Origin: Gammaproteobacteria bacterium
GTDB taxonomy: Bacteria > Pseudomonadota > Gammaproteobacteria > Pseudomonadales > Azotimanducaceae
DNA length: 64,000 bases
NCBI GenBank assembly: GCA_026707735.1
Contig: JAPOWH010000012.1
Span: 77,990-141,989, forward strand
Direction: 5' to 3'
The notes beneath the pieces were generated by a model. The model had not been told where the DNA came from and searched no databases. It worked only from the letters and a program-made list of their open reading frames with translations. Made by a program: the position numbers and the translations under genes. The stretch's first letter is position 1. Every line of letters starts with the position of its first letter. Shown here piece by piece: positions 54,165 to 63,709 of the stretch.

Positions 54165-57100
54165 GTGTTCTACGTGCGTAAGACGCGAGAAATGCACTTT
54201 CGGCGGTGGATCATTGTCGTTGCCGTGTGCTGTCTTGCGTGCGCATGCAGCCGAGACATACCCCAGAGCCTCATTGAGATGAATGACCGAGGCGTCGCGC
54301 AAATGGGTCAGTTCGACTATGAAGCTGCGCATGCAACGTTCTCTCGGTTGGTCGAAGAGCGACCAGATTGGATTGTGGCCAGAATAAATCTAGCTATCGC
54401 CACACTGAATCGACAAGAGGAAGTAGACGAACGCAAAGCGTTGGAAATTCTCGCCTCCGTTCTAACAGAACAACCTGACAACGTTCGAGCTCTGTATACA
54501 TCAGGCGTCATTTCTTTCCATCTGGGAGATACCGATAGCGCCCTCGACTTCTTCACAAAAACAGTGGAGTTGGACCCGCAGGATGCTTATGCCTCGTATT
54601 TCTTGGGTCAAACGCATTTGCAATTGCAACAACACCAAGATGCTCAACGTTGGCTGTTGCGGTCGATTGAACTGGATCCCTACCTAACGAGTGGCTATTG
54701 GGCGGCGAATCAGGCTTCCAGAAGACTGGGCGAAGTTGATTTGGCCGAAGAGCTGGTCACAAGCTACAACAGACTCAAGGCAAATCCCGCAGCGCGCACG
54801 GCATCCATCGCTTATCTAAAAATGGGTCCGAAAGCCGAAGCAAAGTCCATGAACCTGCAATCCTCAGTTTCCCTACCCATTCCAATGGGAGAGATATTCG
54901 GCGAATCAATTCTATTGAATGAAGTCGACATTAAAAATCATGGTATGGCGCTCTTTATTTCTGGAACCTCGAATTTTGTTGATCTTTTCTTAGCAGGTGA
55001 AGAGACTGTCTCGTGGTACCAAGCAGAATTGCAAAAGCCCGGTCTGCGTTTGCGATACTCAATTGCCGTGAATGGAGTCCATGCCATGCTAGTCGGCGAC
55101 TTGGATAACGACACCTACACCGATTTGGTCTTGTGTGGTGCTACCGGAACCCATTGGATGCCTATCGAAAAAGCTACTGACCCAGATCAATTGGTTCCCG
55201 ATTTGCTTAGCGAGCACTCCTGTCATGCCGCCGTGCTCATTGACGCGGATCACGATGGCGATCTGGATGTTGTGTATTCACGAGATCGTGGCGTATACCA
55301 ACTAACAAACTTAAGGGACGAAGGCTCAAATTTTTCTGAAGTTGTCCTGATGGATGAGAGCAATGACTCAACAGTAATGTCCATCGTTGCATCTGACATG
55401 GATTCGGATCGCGACATTGATTTACTACTCTTGCAGGAAAGTGACATTGCATTTGCGCTTCGAAATGATCGAACGTGGAACTTCTCACCGTTTGCTGGAC
55501 TAAGCGAAGCCATTGCCGAAACGGTGGCAAGTGCAGTTGCCGGCGACATAGATGCGGATGGCTTTCCAGATATTGTCTATTCCACACCAGACGCTCGCGT
55601 AGCAAAAGTATCTTTCGATGGCACTAAATGGCAAAAGAGCGAGTTAGGTCCTTTAAAAGGCTTGCTCAACGTTGAAGAGTCAGTGTTGGCGGACGCTGTC
55701 ATCTCTGAACTAGCTCTTGCAGACGTTACCGGCAATGGACAAATGGAGCTCTTGATTACGTCAAAGGATTACTTATACGCTATCGACCTCAATTCGTTGC
55801 AGTCGATTGCGACGATCGCGACGCCAAACCTGATTTCTGCCATTCCTGTATACGTTGACGAACGATCGGGACCGGGTCTGTTGACCTTGAGTGAAGAAGG
55901 CTTGCAGATTTTTCCTCCCGGTCAAGGGAGGTTTGATTTCCTAGCGATTGATCCCGTAGGAGAACGCGATTCGAGTCAAATGCGTAGCAACTCGTCTGGG
56001 ATTGGCACACGAGTGAAACTGCGCCAGGGAGGCATGTGGTCAGTTCAAGACCGAATTGACAGCCATTCAGGTCCTCACCAAAGTCTCATGCCGCTCATGT
56101 TTGGAGTGGGCGGAAACGAATCAGCAAACAATGTTGTCTTGGAGTGGTCGGATGGTGTCTTTCAGACAGAGCTTGACTTGAGCGCGGGAGCCATTCACAG
56201 ATTGCAAGAAACAGAACGTCAATTGGCTAGCTGCCCTGTAATCTTCGTGTGGGATGGCTCGGAGTTTGCGTTTGTTTCCGATGTGTTAGGAGTAGGGGGA
56301 CTGGGATTCTTTGTCTCCCCTGGTACTTACGCAACTCCACGCCCAATAGAACGATATCTCCTACAACCCGGCATGCTGCAGGCTCGAAATGAGCGATATG
56401 CCGTGAAAATTGCAGAACCCATGGAGGAAACGCTATATCTGGATTCAGGATTCTTGGAGGTTATAGACTTGCCTATGGGATGGAGTCTGACCATCGATGA
56501 GCGTATGGCTACATCCGAGCCAAACCCCATGGGCAGATTAATCGCATTTCGCAACGAAACCATTCCCAATCGAGCCACAGCGACGGACGATGTTGACATC
56601 ACAGAAGAAATCCTGCATCGCGACTATGTTGCACCCGATCCAGGCGTTTTAGACAATCGATTCATTGGTCGTTTGGCAGGCGATTACTCGGTAACCCTGT
56701 GGTTTGATGAGTCGATCCCATCGCATGACCAGGTGCTTGTTGCGGATGGTTGGATAGAGTATCCGTATTCGCAAACCGCCTTCAGTGCGTGGCAAGCAGA
56801 CGCTGATTACAGACCTCCCACTCTTGAAGCACTGAACGAGCAGGGCCATTGGACTGTAATTGCCGAATCATTTGGGTATCCGGCTGGAATGCCCCGGGAG
56901 ATGGCATTTCCATTGCCACCTTTACCGGATCGTACTGTTGCGCTCAGAATTACGACAAACTTGGAAATTTATTGGGACCGCCTACGGCTAGTCACGGAAG
57001 AGGCGCCGCCCGACGAAATGGAGGTTCAGAGACTTGTGCCAATTGATGCGAGTGTTCAACGGACTGGATTTGCGCGACGTACTACCGGCAATCAGCGACT

Positions 57101-57458
57101 ACCACATTACGACTACACCGCACGGTCGACTTATTGGGACGCCAAATACCAGGAAGGAACCTATACAAGATACGGCGATGCACTGAATCTGGTCAAGGAG
57201 ACCGACGGAGCTGTCGGCATTATTGGCAGCGGCGAGGAAATACACTTGGAGTTTCCACTAGCACTCCCTCAATCGCCGAGTCACCAGAGATTCTTCATAC
57301 TCGAATTTCGCGGTTGGGCACGTGATATGGATCTCTACACGAATCATGGGGAAACAGTCGAACCATTGCCTTGGCTCGAAGAACTCGAAACAGATCAACT
57401 GAAGCGCGTTCGACATTTGCACGAACGCTACAACGTACGATTCGAAATGGGACTTTGA
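54165..57458 (+). CDS. Large secreted TPR + FG-GAP/VCBS-repeat + ASPIC/UnbV-domain protein (CRTAC1-like)
   Basis: Has a signal sequence (probable start at MHFRRW, 54192), TPR repeats, and Ca-loop-like DADHDGDLD, DMDSDRDID and DIDADGFPD. SNSSGIGTRVKL is ASPIC/UnbV-like. A C-terminal region of about 430 aa is unassigned. Confidence 0.7.
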   Translation: MFYVRKTREMHFRRWIIVVAVCCLACACSRDIPQSLIEMNDRGVAQMGQFDYEAAHATFSRLVEERPDWIVARINLAIATLNRQEEVDERKALEILASVLTEQPDNVRALYTSGVISFHLGDTDSALDFFTKTVELDPQDAYASYFLGQTHLQLQQHQDAQRWLLRSIELDPYLTSGYWAANQASRRLGEVDLAEELVTSYNRLKANPAARTASIAYLKMGPKAEAKSMNLQSSVSLPIPMGEIFGESILLNEVDIKNHGMALFISGTSNFVDLFLAGEETVSWYQAELQKPGLRLRYSIAVNGVHAMLVGDLDNDTYTDLVLCGATGTHWMPIEKATDPDQLVPDLLSEHSCHAAVLIDADHDGDLDVVYSRDRGVYQLTNLRDEGSNFSEVVLMDESNDSTVMSIVASDMDSDRDIDLLLLQESDIAFALRNDRTWNFSPFAGLSEAIAETVASAVAGDIDADGFPDIVYSTPDARVAKVSFDGTKWQKSELGPLKGLLNVEESVLADAVISELALADVTGNGQMELLITSKDYLYAIDLNSLQSIATIATPNLISAIPVYVDERSGPGLLTLSEEGLQIFPPGQGRFDFLAIDPVGERDSSQMRSNSSGIGTRVKLRQGGMWSVQDRIDSHSGPHQSLMPLMFGVGGNESANNVVLEWSDGVFQTELDLSAGAIHRLQETERQLASCPVIFVWDGSEFAFVSDVLGVGGLGFFVSPGTYATPRPIERYLLQPGMLQARNERYAVKIAEPMEETLYLDSGFLEVIDLPMGWSLTIDERMATSEPNPMGRLIAFRNETIPNRATATDDVDITEEILHRDYVAPDPGVLDNRFIGRLAGDYSVTLWFDESIPSHDQVLVADGWIEYPYSQTAFSAWQADADYRPPTLEALNEQGHWTVIAESFGYPAGMPREMAFPLPPLPDRTVALRITTNLEIYWDRLRLVTEEAPPDEMEVQRLVPIDASVQRTGFARRTTGNQRLPHYDYTARSTYWDAKYQEGTYTRYGDALNLVKETDGAVGIIGSGEEIHLEFPLALPQSPSHQRFFILEFRGWARDMDLYTNHGETVEPLPWLEELETDQLKRVRHLHERYNVRFEMGL

Positions 57459-57513
57459 ACTAGCTTTGGTTTAGGTTCGCCCTTTCAATAATAAGCGGGC
57501 TAGTTGGTCCAAC

Positions 57514-58101
57514 CTACCGCAATTCGTCTGGTGTCAGGATGCCGTCGTCGTTCTTGTCTGCTGCATTGAAGCGCTGTTCGAGGCGTTGCTTCAAATTCTC
57601 GTCGGTTGGTTGCGTGGTGCTTTCTTCATTCTCGCTTGTAGCTACGCGCCCCTGCAGCCTGCGCAAAAACGCTTGAGTGAACTCGTCAAGAGTGACTTCG
57701 TCGTTGCCGTCTGCATCCAACGCTTCGAACATTCTTTCTCTACTTGAACCGCTTTCTTCTCGAGAGACCGTATTCGCCTTAGTGATCTCGTCGATTGTCC
57801 ACATGTCGTCGCTATTCGTGTCAACAGCATCGAATCTTTGACCGATTGCCTCACGAAGCTCTTCCGGATCGGTGTTAGAAACTCTGTCTTGCTCCAATCC
57901 CTGGCTCTCCCTTAGACCACTTACGACGTAGGCGACATATTCGCGTCGGCTGACCTTCCCATCTTCATCTGAATCCATGGTTGTGAACTCATCCTCAATG
58001 GATTGTTCTTCGTCCGACCGTTGCACGTCCTCTTCAGCGACAGCCCAAATCGCGAGAGAACTTAGGAGAAGAATGCATGCGCAATTTGCTAGATTCTTCA
58101 T
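57514..58101 (-). CDS. Secreted protein with four EF-hand Ca-binding loops
   Basis: Has a signal peptide (MKNLANCACILLLSSLAIWAVA). The four loops are DSDEDGKVSRRE, DTNSDDMWTIDE, DADGNDEVTLDE and DKNDDGILTPDE. Confidence 0.7.
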   Translation of the reverse strand: MKNLANCACILLLSSLAIWAVAEEDVQRSDEEQSIEDEFTTMDSDEDGKVSRREYVAYVVSGLRESQGLEQDRVSNTDPEELREAIGQRFDAVDTNSDDMWTIDEITKANTVSREESGSSRERMFEALDADGNDEVTLDEFTQAFLRRLQGRVATSENEESTTQPTDENLKQRLEQRFNAADKNDDGILTPDELR

Positions 58102-58305
58102 ATGGAAAAGCTCCCGGTGAAGCAGCATTAAGCCCGTGAATTATACGCCCCTGATTTGCAAGAATTCTCAAATTTAAGGAGTTAGGGGAAATCGGAATGC
58201 CATTGCCCTAGCAACCGGTTGATTGGAAATTAGATTGTGTTGAATGAGAGTTCATGTACTGGCATGCTACATTGAACGCCTGTCACGGTATAGGCGAGCA
58301 ATCTA

Positions 58306-59262
58306 GTGAACAGCAATACCTTTAACCAACCTCTTTCGGGCAACGAAATGCCCCGGTTTGGAGGTCCCTCAACATTCATGCGATTGCCGGAGGGCAGCAA
58401 TTTCGACGAAGTCGATGCAGCCATAGTAGGTGTTCCTTTTGACATAGCAACATCAAACAGACCGGGAGCTCGCCTTGCACCTAGAGAAATTCGAGATGAA
58501 TCGCGTTTACTGAGACCATACAACATGGCAACGGGTGCCATGCCGTTTGACTCCATTCAAATAGCCGACTTTGGTGATGTTCCTATCAATACTTACAGCA
58601 TCGAAAAGAGCATTCAAATCATTGAAGACTACTTTCGCCGTGTGTATGGGAGTAGGTGTGTGCCATTCACAATAGGGGGCGACCATTCCATAGCATTGCC
58701 GATACTCCGCGCGGCCAAGAAACAATACGGTCCTGTGGCCATGGTTCATGTTGATGCTCACGCCGATTGCAATGAATCGATGTTTGGGGAGAAATACACT
58801 CACGGCACGCCGTTTCGACGAGCTGTTGAGGAAGAGTTGCTGGATTGCGAGAGAGTTAGCCAGATCGGGCTTCGAGGAACTGGCTATGATCCAAGCGACT
58901 TCGATTGGTCACGAGAACAAGGATTCACGGTTATCGAGGCCGATGAGTGTTGGCATCGTTCGATGCAACCGCTAATGGAGAAATTGCGTTCAAGAGTAGG
59001 AGATCGACCAACCTACTTGAGCTTGGATATCGATGGACTCGACCCGTCTTGTGCTCCCGGAACGGGCACCCCTGAACCTGGTGGACTCACCACAACCCAA
59101 GCACTTGAGATTATTCGGGGATGTCGTGGATTGAACATTATCGGTGCCGATGTTGTGGAGGTAGCGCCACCTTTTGATCTCTCTCGCAATACTTCGCTAT
59201 TGGCAGCAAACCTGCTTTATGAGATGGTTTGTATCCATCCCAAGGTTCGCCATCGTTCCTGA
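58306..59262 (+). CDS. Agmatinase / guanidino-acid hydrolase (ureohydrolase family)
   Basis: Contains the Mn-binding motifs GGDHS, DAHAD and SLDIDGLDP. The substrate cannot be decided from the sequence. Confidence 0.85.
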   Translation: MNSNTFNQPLSGNEMPRFGGPSTFMRLPEGSNFDEVDAAIVGVPFDIATSNRPGARLAPREIRDESRLLRPYNMATGAMPFDSIQIADFGDVPINTYSIEKSIQIIEDYFRRVYGSRCVPFTIGGDHSIALPILRAAKKQYGPVAMVHVDAHADCNESMFGEKYTHGTPFRRAVEEELLDCERVSQIGLRGTGYDPSDFDWSREQGFTVIEADECWHRSMQPLMEKLRSRVGDRPTYLSLDIDGLDPSCAPGTGTPEPGGLTTTQALEIIRGCRGLNIIGADVVEVAPPFDLSRNTSLLAANLLYEMVCIHPKVRHRS

Positions 59263-59387
59263 CTCTCAATGGACAGCAGCTGAGCGATCAACATTTGAAA
59301 CCATCCATTGCAAATCGGCCTATAGCGAGCGCGTTGGGTCAAGGTCGTCCCCTGCCTCAATACTTTGTGGGCATTAACGCACGAAAA

Positions 59388-59885
59388 TCAGTCTTCATCG
59401 TTTTCTGATTCAAGCGTTTGTTCCCTCAAATCGTTAAGCCGGTCCCTGAGGAGCTGTTCGTCCCTTGCGGTTGATTCCGTTGGTGGTGCATCCCCTAGAT
59501 CAAGACGCCTAATCGCATACTCATTAGGATCAACCACGTAGCTACGTATGTCATCTGCGCTTTGGGGAGATGGTCTTATCGCGAGAATCGAGTATTTCTC
59601 TTGTAGTGCCGTGAATTGATCACTTTGTTGTTTCGCATCTGCGTGCAAACTGTTTTCGTACTCTTCTATTGATTTTGCGATAGGAGACAAGGCTTCGACT
59701 TCATTTTGATTCTGAGGCTCGTCTGTAACGGGTTGCGTAGGCAAGACAGAGCTACACCCCGCAAGAGACATTGAGCCGAGGCTGCACAAGAGCAGCATGG
59801 GTAGCAGTCGGAGCTTTCTGTTGGCGAGTGAGAGCACGCTTGGCATGGCAGGCAACACACTCGCTAATTCTATTGCTTTAGACAC
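59388..59885 (-). CDS. Hypothetical lipoprotein
   Basis: Has the lipobox SLAGC after a hydrophobic segment, followed by an acidic, coiled-coil-like mature part. Confidence 0.5.
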   Translation of the reverse strand: MSKAIELASVLPAMPSVLSLANRKLRLLPMLLLCSLGSMSLAGCSSVLPTQPVTDEPQNQNEVEALSPIAKSIEEYENSLHADAKQQSDQFTALQEKYSILAIRPSPQSADDIRSYVVDPNEYAIRRLDLGDAPPTESTARDEQLLRDRLNDLREQTLESENDED

Positions 59886-59939
59886 AAACAGTCCAAGGAA
59901 GATTGGGGTAGAGTGTTGGATTGAGTCAGTTCGCTCGCG

Positions 59940-61301
59940 CTAATCTGGAGTACCCTCCATTCGCAACGCAGTTAGGTTCGTGACCAGAGTAAATACTAGA
60001 ACAAAGACACACATTCCCGCTACACTGCTGCTCAATGTTGCTATAGCAAGTGGCTCTCGAAACGAAAAGTCAGCTATTGATCGAGCCTCGGCCAGGGTGA
60101 GCCTCCTTTGTTGCAATGTTGCCACCCCAATTTCCTGGAAGTATTCGCGGAAGAATCTTCTTGCCTGGTTTTGGAAGGTTTCGGCACGTTCAAAGCCCGA
60201 TCCCGATATTGCCTGCAACATGCGAAACGCTGCTGTCGAAGGCGAAACAAACTGAATCGCGTTCAATAGTCTCAAATCGGCACTTAGTTCATCTTGGTAC
60301 TGATCAAGCAAGGTGCCAACGCGTTCGTTGACACTGGCATTGGACAAGTAGGCCCTGCGATAGTAGTCAGAGAAATTCTCGACCGACTGTGGAAGTTCTG
60401 TTGCATGTTGTGCAATGAAAGCTTCTTCTCTTTGGTCCAAAGTTCCCAACGCATCTGCCTCAGCAGCTCGGGCAACAGCCATCAACTGGACCTTTGATGG
60501 AGAAGCGGCAATATTGGAGACAGTGAACTGAAGCAGAGCCGGAAGCACTACAACGAGGCCAATCCAAACCGTCACCGAGGACAGCGCAGCACTCAATGAA
60601 TTTCGGCTGCAAGCAGCTATCAAAGCACAAAGCGTTACCCAGAGCATCCAATACAAGGCAATCCCAGAGCACCACCACACGAGACTCAGGCAAGTCTCCC
60701 AATTGAGTTTTCCAGCGGCAAGCGTGCCGACAATGGATGCCAAAAGGAGAACGATCAAAGATGGCAGGGAGCAGTAGAACACCCTGGACCATAACAATGT
60801 AATGGGTCTCACTCCCTGTACTAACAAGACTCGCAAGCTTCCGCGCTCGCGATCCCGCGCGATGTGATCGTAGTTTAGGACGCAGAGCACTAAAGGCAGC
60901 AAGACAACTACAACAAAGGTCAAGTCCAATCTGCCATGCATTAGCGCTGTCGGTGCTTCGAGTTCGTATCGCCGAAAAATGAGCGCTTCATTGCTAAATC
61001 CGTTGATCGTACCTGCAGACGGGTACAAGTCCTCCCGGCTATAGCCGAATTGCCCCAACACGCCTGGAGGACGCTGCACAAGAACAGCTAGGTTCATGGG
61101 ATGGGCCAAGGCAGAAGAAACAGGTAATCCTGCCTGTGCATCCTGTAGTGATTTGAACCAAGCCTCTTGTGTTTCGGCATGTTCCAAGTGAGGTCTGTTT
61201 TGCTCCTGAACCGTGGCATGTTTCCAGTAAAGTCCGCTAATCACGGCATAGATGGCTACGCATCCGAAAAAGGAAGTCACCAGCAATGGTTTGAGGGACA
61301 T
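59940..61301 (-). CDS. ABC-2/DUF3526-type transporter permease
   Basis: Has multiple TM segments with a large extracytoplasmic loop. The probable start is MSLKPLL at 61301. The ORF-track start at 61409 overlaps the upstream gene. Confidence 0.6.
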   Translation of the reverse strand: MSLKPLLVTSFFGCVAIYAVISGLYWKHATVQEQNRPHLEHAETQEAWFKSLQDAQAGLPVSSALAHPMNLAVLVQRPPGVLGQFGYSREDLYPSAGTINGFSNEALIFRRYELEAPTALMHGRLDLTFVVVVLLPLVLCVLNYDHIARDRERGSLRVLLVQGVRPITLLWSRVFYCSLPSLIVLLLASIVGTLAAGKLNWETCLSLVWWCSGIALYWMLWVTLCALIAACSRNSLSAALSSVTVWIGLVVVLPALLQFTVSNIAASPSKVQLMAVARAAEADALGTLDQREEAFIAQHATELPQSVENFSDYYRRAYLSNASVNERVGTLLDQYQDELSADLRLLNAIQFVSPSTAAFRMLQAISGSGFERAETFQNQARRFFREYFQEIGVATLQQRRLTLAEARSIADFSFREPLAIATLSSSVAGMCVFVLVFTLVTNLTALRMEGTPD

Positions 61302-61339
61302 GGATCGCCGTCGGCTTCTCCATCCAAGAAACCTAGCAC

Positions 61340-62770
61340 TCACTCCAATTTTCCCCTGAATTGTCGTCCTAGCACAGCGCAAGCGAGAGAACCGGCCAAT
61401 ACCAGCCACGCGAGGAGAGTTGCTATCTCAAACCGGTAGTAGTGCAACACCTGTGATAGCGAGGGAGTTTCGTAGTCGAAGTCGTCTATCGTTTCCCAAA
61501 GAGAACGATTTGCTGCGTACCCAAAGGACTGGTCTCCAGCGTGATACATCATGTCTTCGTTTAGCTGCTCTACGATTTTGCGACGGTGTTCTTCTGCGGA
61601 CTTGGCGAACAGTACCTGAGTATGAGTGTCGGTCCCACAGATTCCTCGGGAAATGCGCTGCAAAGCAAGTACAGGAGAAAGGGCGGAAGCCATTCGCAAT
61701 ACTTCCTCCTGCTTGATGTGCTGGTCGTAGAGATCGCCATATAGGCGGTCATAGACTCGATTGGCAAACCGTTCATGCGCCTGCAACACCAGAGCGTCGC
61801 GATTGAGATCAAGAGAAGTACGGTCCACGGCTCGGTGCTTGGTCAATACTTCCGCCTCGTAGAGAGCCACCTCTTCGTATTGCGCTGAACCTAACCAAAA
61901 AGGAGCCTGCGCTTCCTGTTGAATCGCTGAAGCAAAACTGCGGGCGCGCGGCGTAGGATGTGCGTCCTGTGCAATTTGAGCTCCCGCCAAAGGTACGCAG
62001 AAAGCCATCAGAATCCACAAAATTGTCGCGGTCCAAAAGGATTTATAGCCGGACGTTGCACAGCTTGATACGAGCAGTACGACTCCTGCAATCGATGAGT
62101 AACCCAAGAGAAACGCTGCGACCAAAGCAAGTGCGCGCGGGAATTCAATGTCCAAACTTCGATAGCCGAACACGGGAAGTAGCGCAATCGCGACCATCGC
62201 GACAGCAAGTAGAAGCGCGATTACAATCGCGGCAACTCCTTTGCCCAGTAGCAATTGCCACGCACTTGCGTTCTGAGCGACCAAGACGCGCAGGCTGCCG
62301 GTCTCACGTTCCAGGGCAATGGATCCAAACAAAAGAGTTACGAGTGCCAAGGGAACTATGACGGCAAGTACCCAAGCCGGTGTAACTGTTGCAAATGGAT
62401 ACGAAAGCAGCTTGGTTTCCGCAGCTCGATTTGCGGGAGGGTTTTGGAAATGCGCCTCCATCCAAACTGTAGCACCTGCAAAGTCAAATACTCCAGAGTC
62501 AAACGCGCCGAGGGGCGGCACAGGCCTGAGTGCATATCTGCCAAAGTGTGCGGCATCGTGCGGATTGGCTTCTCCTTGCTCCAACCAGGTAGTCTTGTCT
62601 GTGCGTTCCGCGTCGGACCGGATCGTATGTGCGTGGGAAATTTGCTGCCAAGAGCCCAATCCGGCAGCAATCGTGATAGCTATAGCAAGTACACAGAGAA
62701 TCAGAAATCGCCGATCACCAACGTACGTAAGGAGTTCCTTTTTGGCAACTTCGAGAATCACGGTCTGCAC
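61340..62770 (-). CDS. ABC-2/DUF3526-type transporter permease
   Basis: Paralogous layout to the neighbouring permease, and lies directly downstream of the ABC ATPase. Confidence 0.6.
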   Translation of the reverse strand: MQTVILEVAKKELLTYVGDRRFLILCVLAIAITIAAGLGSWQQISHAHTIRSDAERTDKTTWLEQGEANPHDAAHFGRYALRPVPPLGAFDSGVFDFAGATVWMEAHFQNPPANRAAETKLLSYPFATVTPAWVLAVIVPLALVTLLFGSIALERETGSLRVLVAQNASAWQLLLGKGVAAIVIALLLAVAMVAIALLPVFGYRSLDIEFPRALALVAAFLLGYSSIAGVVLLVSSCATSGYKSFWTATILWILMAFCVPLAGAQIAQDAHPTPRARSFASAIQQEAQAPFWLGSAQYEEVALYEAEVLTKHRAVDRTSLDLNRDALVLQAHERFANRVYDRLYGDLYDQHIKQEEVLRMASALSPVLALQRISRGICGTDTHTQVLFAKSAEEHRRKIVEQLNEDMMYHAGDQSFGYAANRSLWETIDDFDYETPSLSQVLHYYRFEIATLLAWLVLAGSLACAVLGRQFRGKLE

Positions 62771-62784
62771 ATCGATGCGAACAA

Positions 62785-63510
62785 CTAGGAGGGCTGGGAC
62801 ATGCGTTCTAGATAAAGTTTCTCCAACTCATAGGCACCAAGCTCTGTCGCTTCGACAAGATCAAGTAGCCGACCGCTCCGTAGCAAACCAATCCGGTTTG
62901 CCATGCTGCTCACATGGAAGAGATCGTGAGTGGCAACCAAGATAGCGGTTCCAGATTCCTGCAGCCAATGGATACGAGATACGAACTCTGCGGCAGCGCC
63001 TGGGTCAAGACCTGTCAAAGGCTCATCTAGAAATATAACCTCGGACTGCTTGGCCAGTGCAATTGCGAGTCCTACTTTCTGTGACATTCCCTTGGAGAAG
63101 GTCTTCGTTTTCTGATTGTGGTGATGCTCCTGAAGGCCGACATCCAGAAGGCATTGTTGAAAGTATCCTGTCTTTCCTCGATCAGGGCCAAATGAATTGA
63201 AGAACTCTACGTTCTGAATTGCTGACAGTTGCGGGTAGAGCGCGACTCTTTCCGGTACATACGAGACTCTCTTGCGCGCTTCAACGGGGTCGATCACCGA
63301 ATCGACCCCAAAAATCAGAGAGCTCCCTGAATCTGGTTGCAAAAATCCCAGGAACACACTGATCAGTGTCGTCTTGCCAGCTCCATTCGGTCCCAGCAGA
63401 CACAGCACTTCTCCTGGTTCAACGCTTAGACTGATGCCTACAAGCGCTGGCACATCCGCAAAACTCTTGCTGACATCGATTGCCTGCAGAGCAGCAATGC
63501 CATCAGCCAT
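62785..63510 (-). CDS. ABC transporter ATP-binding protein
   Basis: Contains Walker A GPNGAGKTT, the signature-like FSKGMSQK, and Walker B VIFLDEPLTGLD. Confidence 0.9.
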   Translation of the reverse strand: MADGIAALQAIDVSKSFADVPALVGISLSVEPGEVLCLLGPNGAGKTTLISVFLGFLQPDSGSSLIFGVDSVIDPVEARKRVSYVPERVALYPQLSAIQNVEFFNSFGPDRGKTGYFQQCLLDVGLQEHHHNQKTKTFSKGMSQKVGLAIALAKQSEVIFLDEPLTGLDPGAAAEFVSRIHWLQESGTAILVATHDLFHVSSMANRIGLLRSGRLLDLVEATELGAYELEKLYLERMSQPS

Positions 63511-63709
63511 TAGAGAGTGCTCCCAAGAATGCCGAATGATGTAGCCAACGAGCGTACTTCTTGTTTGACAAAATCACGCATAAAAGGATAGAGTTAATGT
63601 AGGATTCATGATAGTGGTTGAATGCAACTAATGACCGGCAATGAGCCGAAACCTTCATGACATTCTGTGCCGTGCCATTTCAAAGTTGCAGCTAATCAGG
63701 GGAGAATCG

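Noticed and set aside
62319-62945. 208-aa and 177-aa plus-strand ORFs inside the ABC permease/ATPase genes
   Set aside because: They are antisense to well-supported transporter genes and have an Arg/Ser/Ala-rich composition typical of antisense frames. No RBS or motif supports them.
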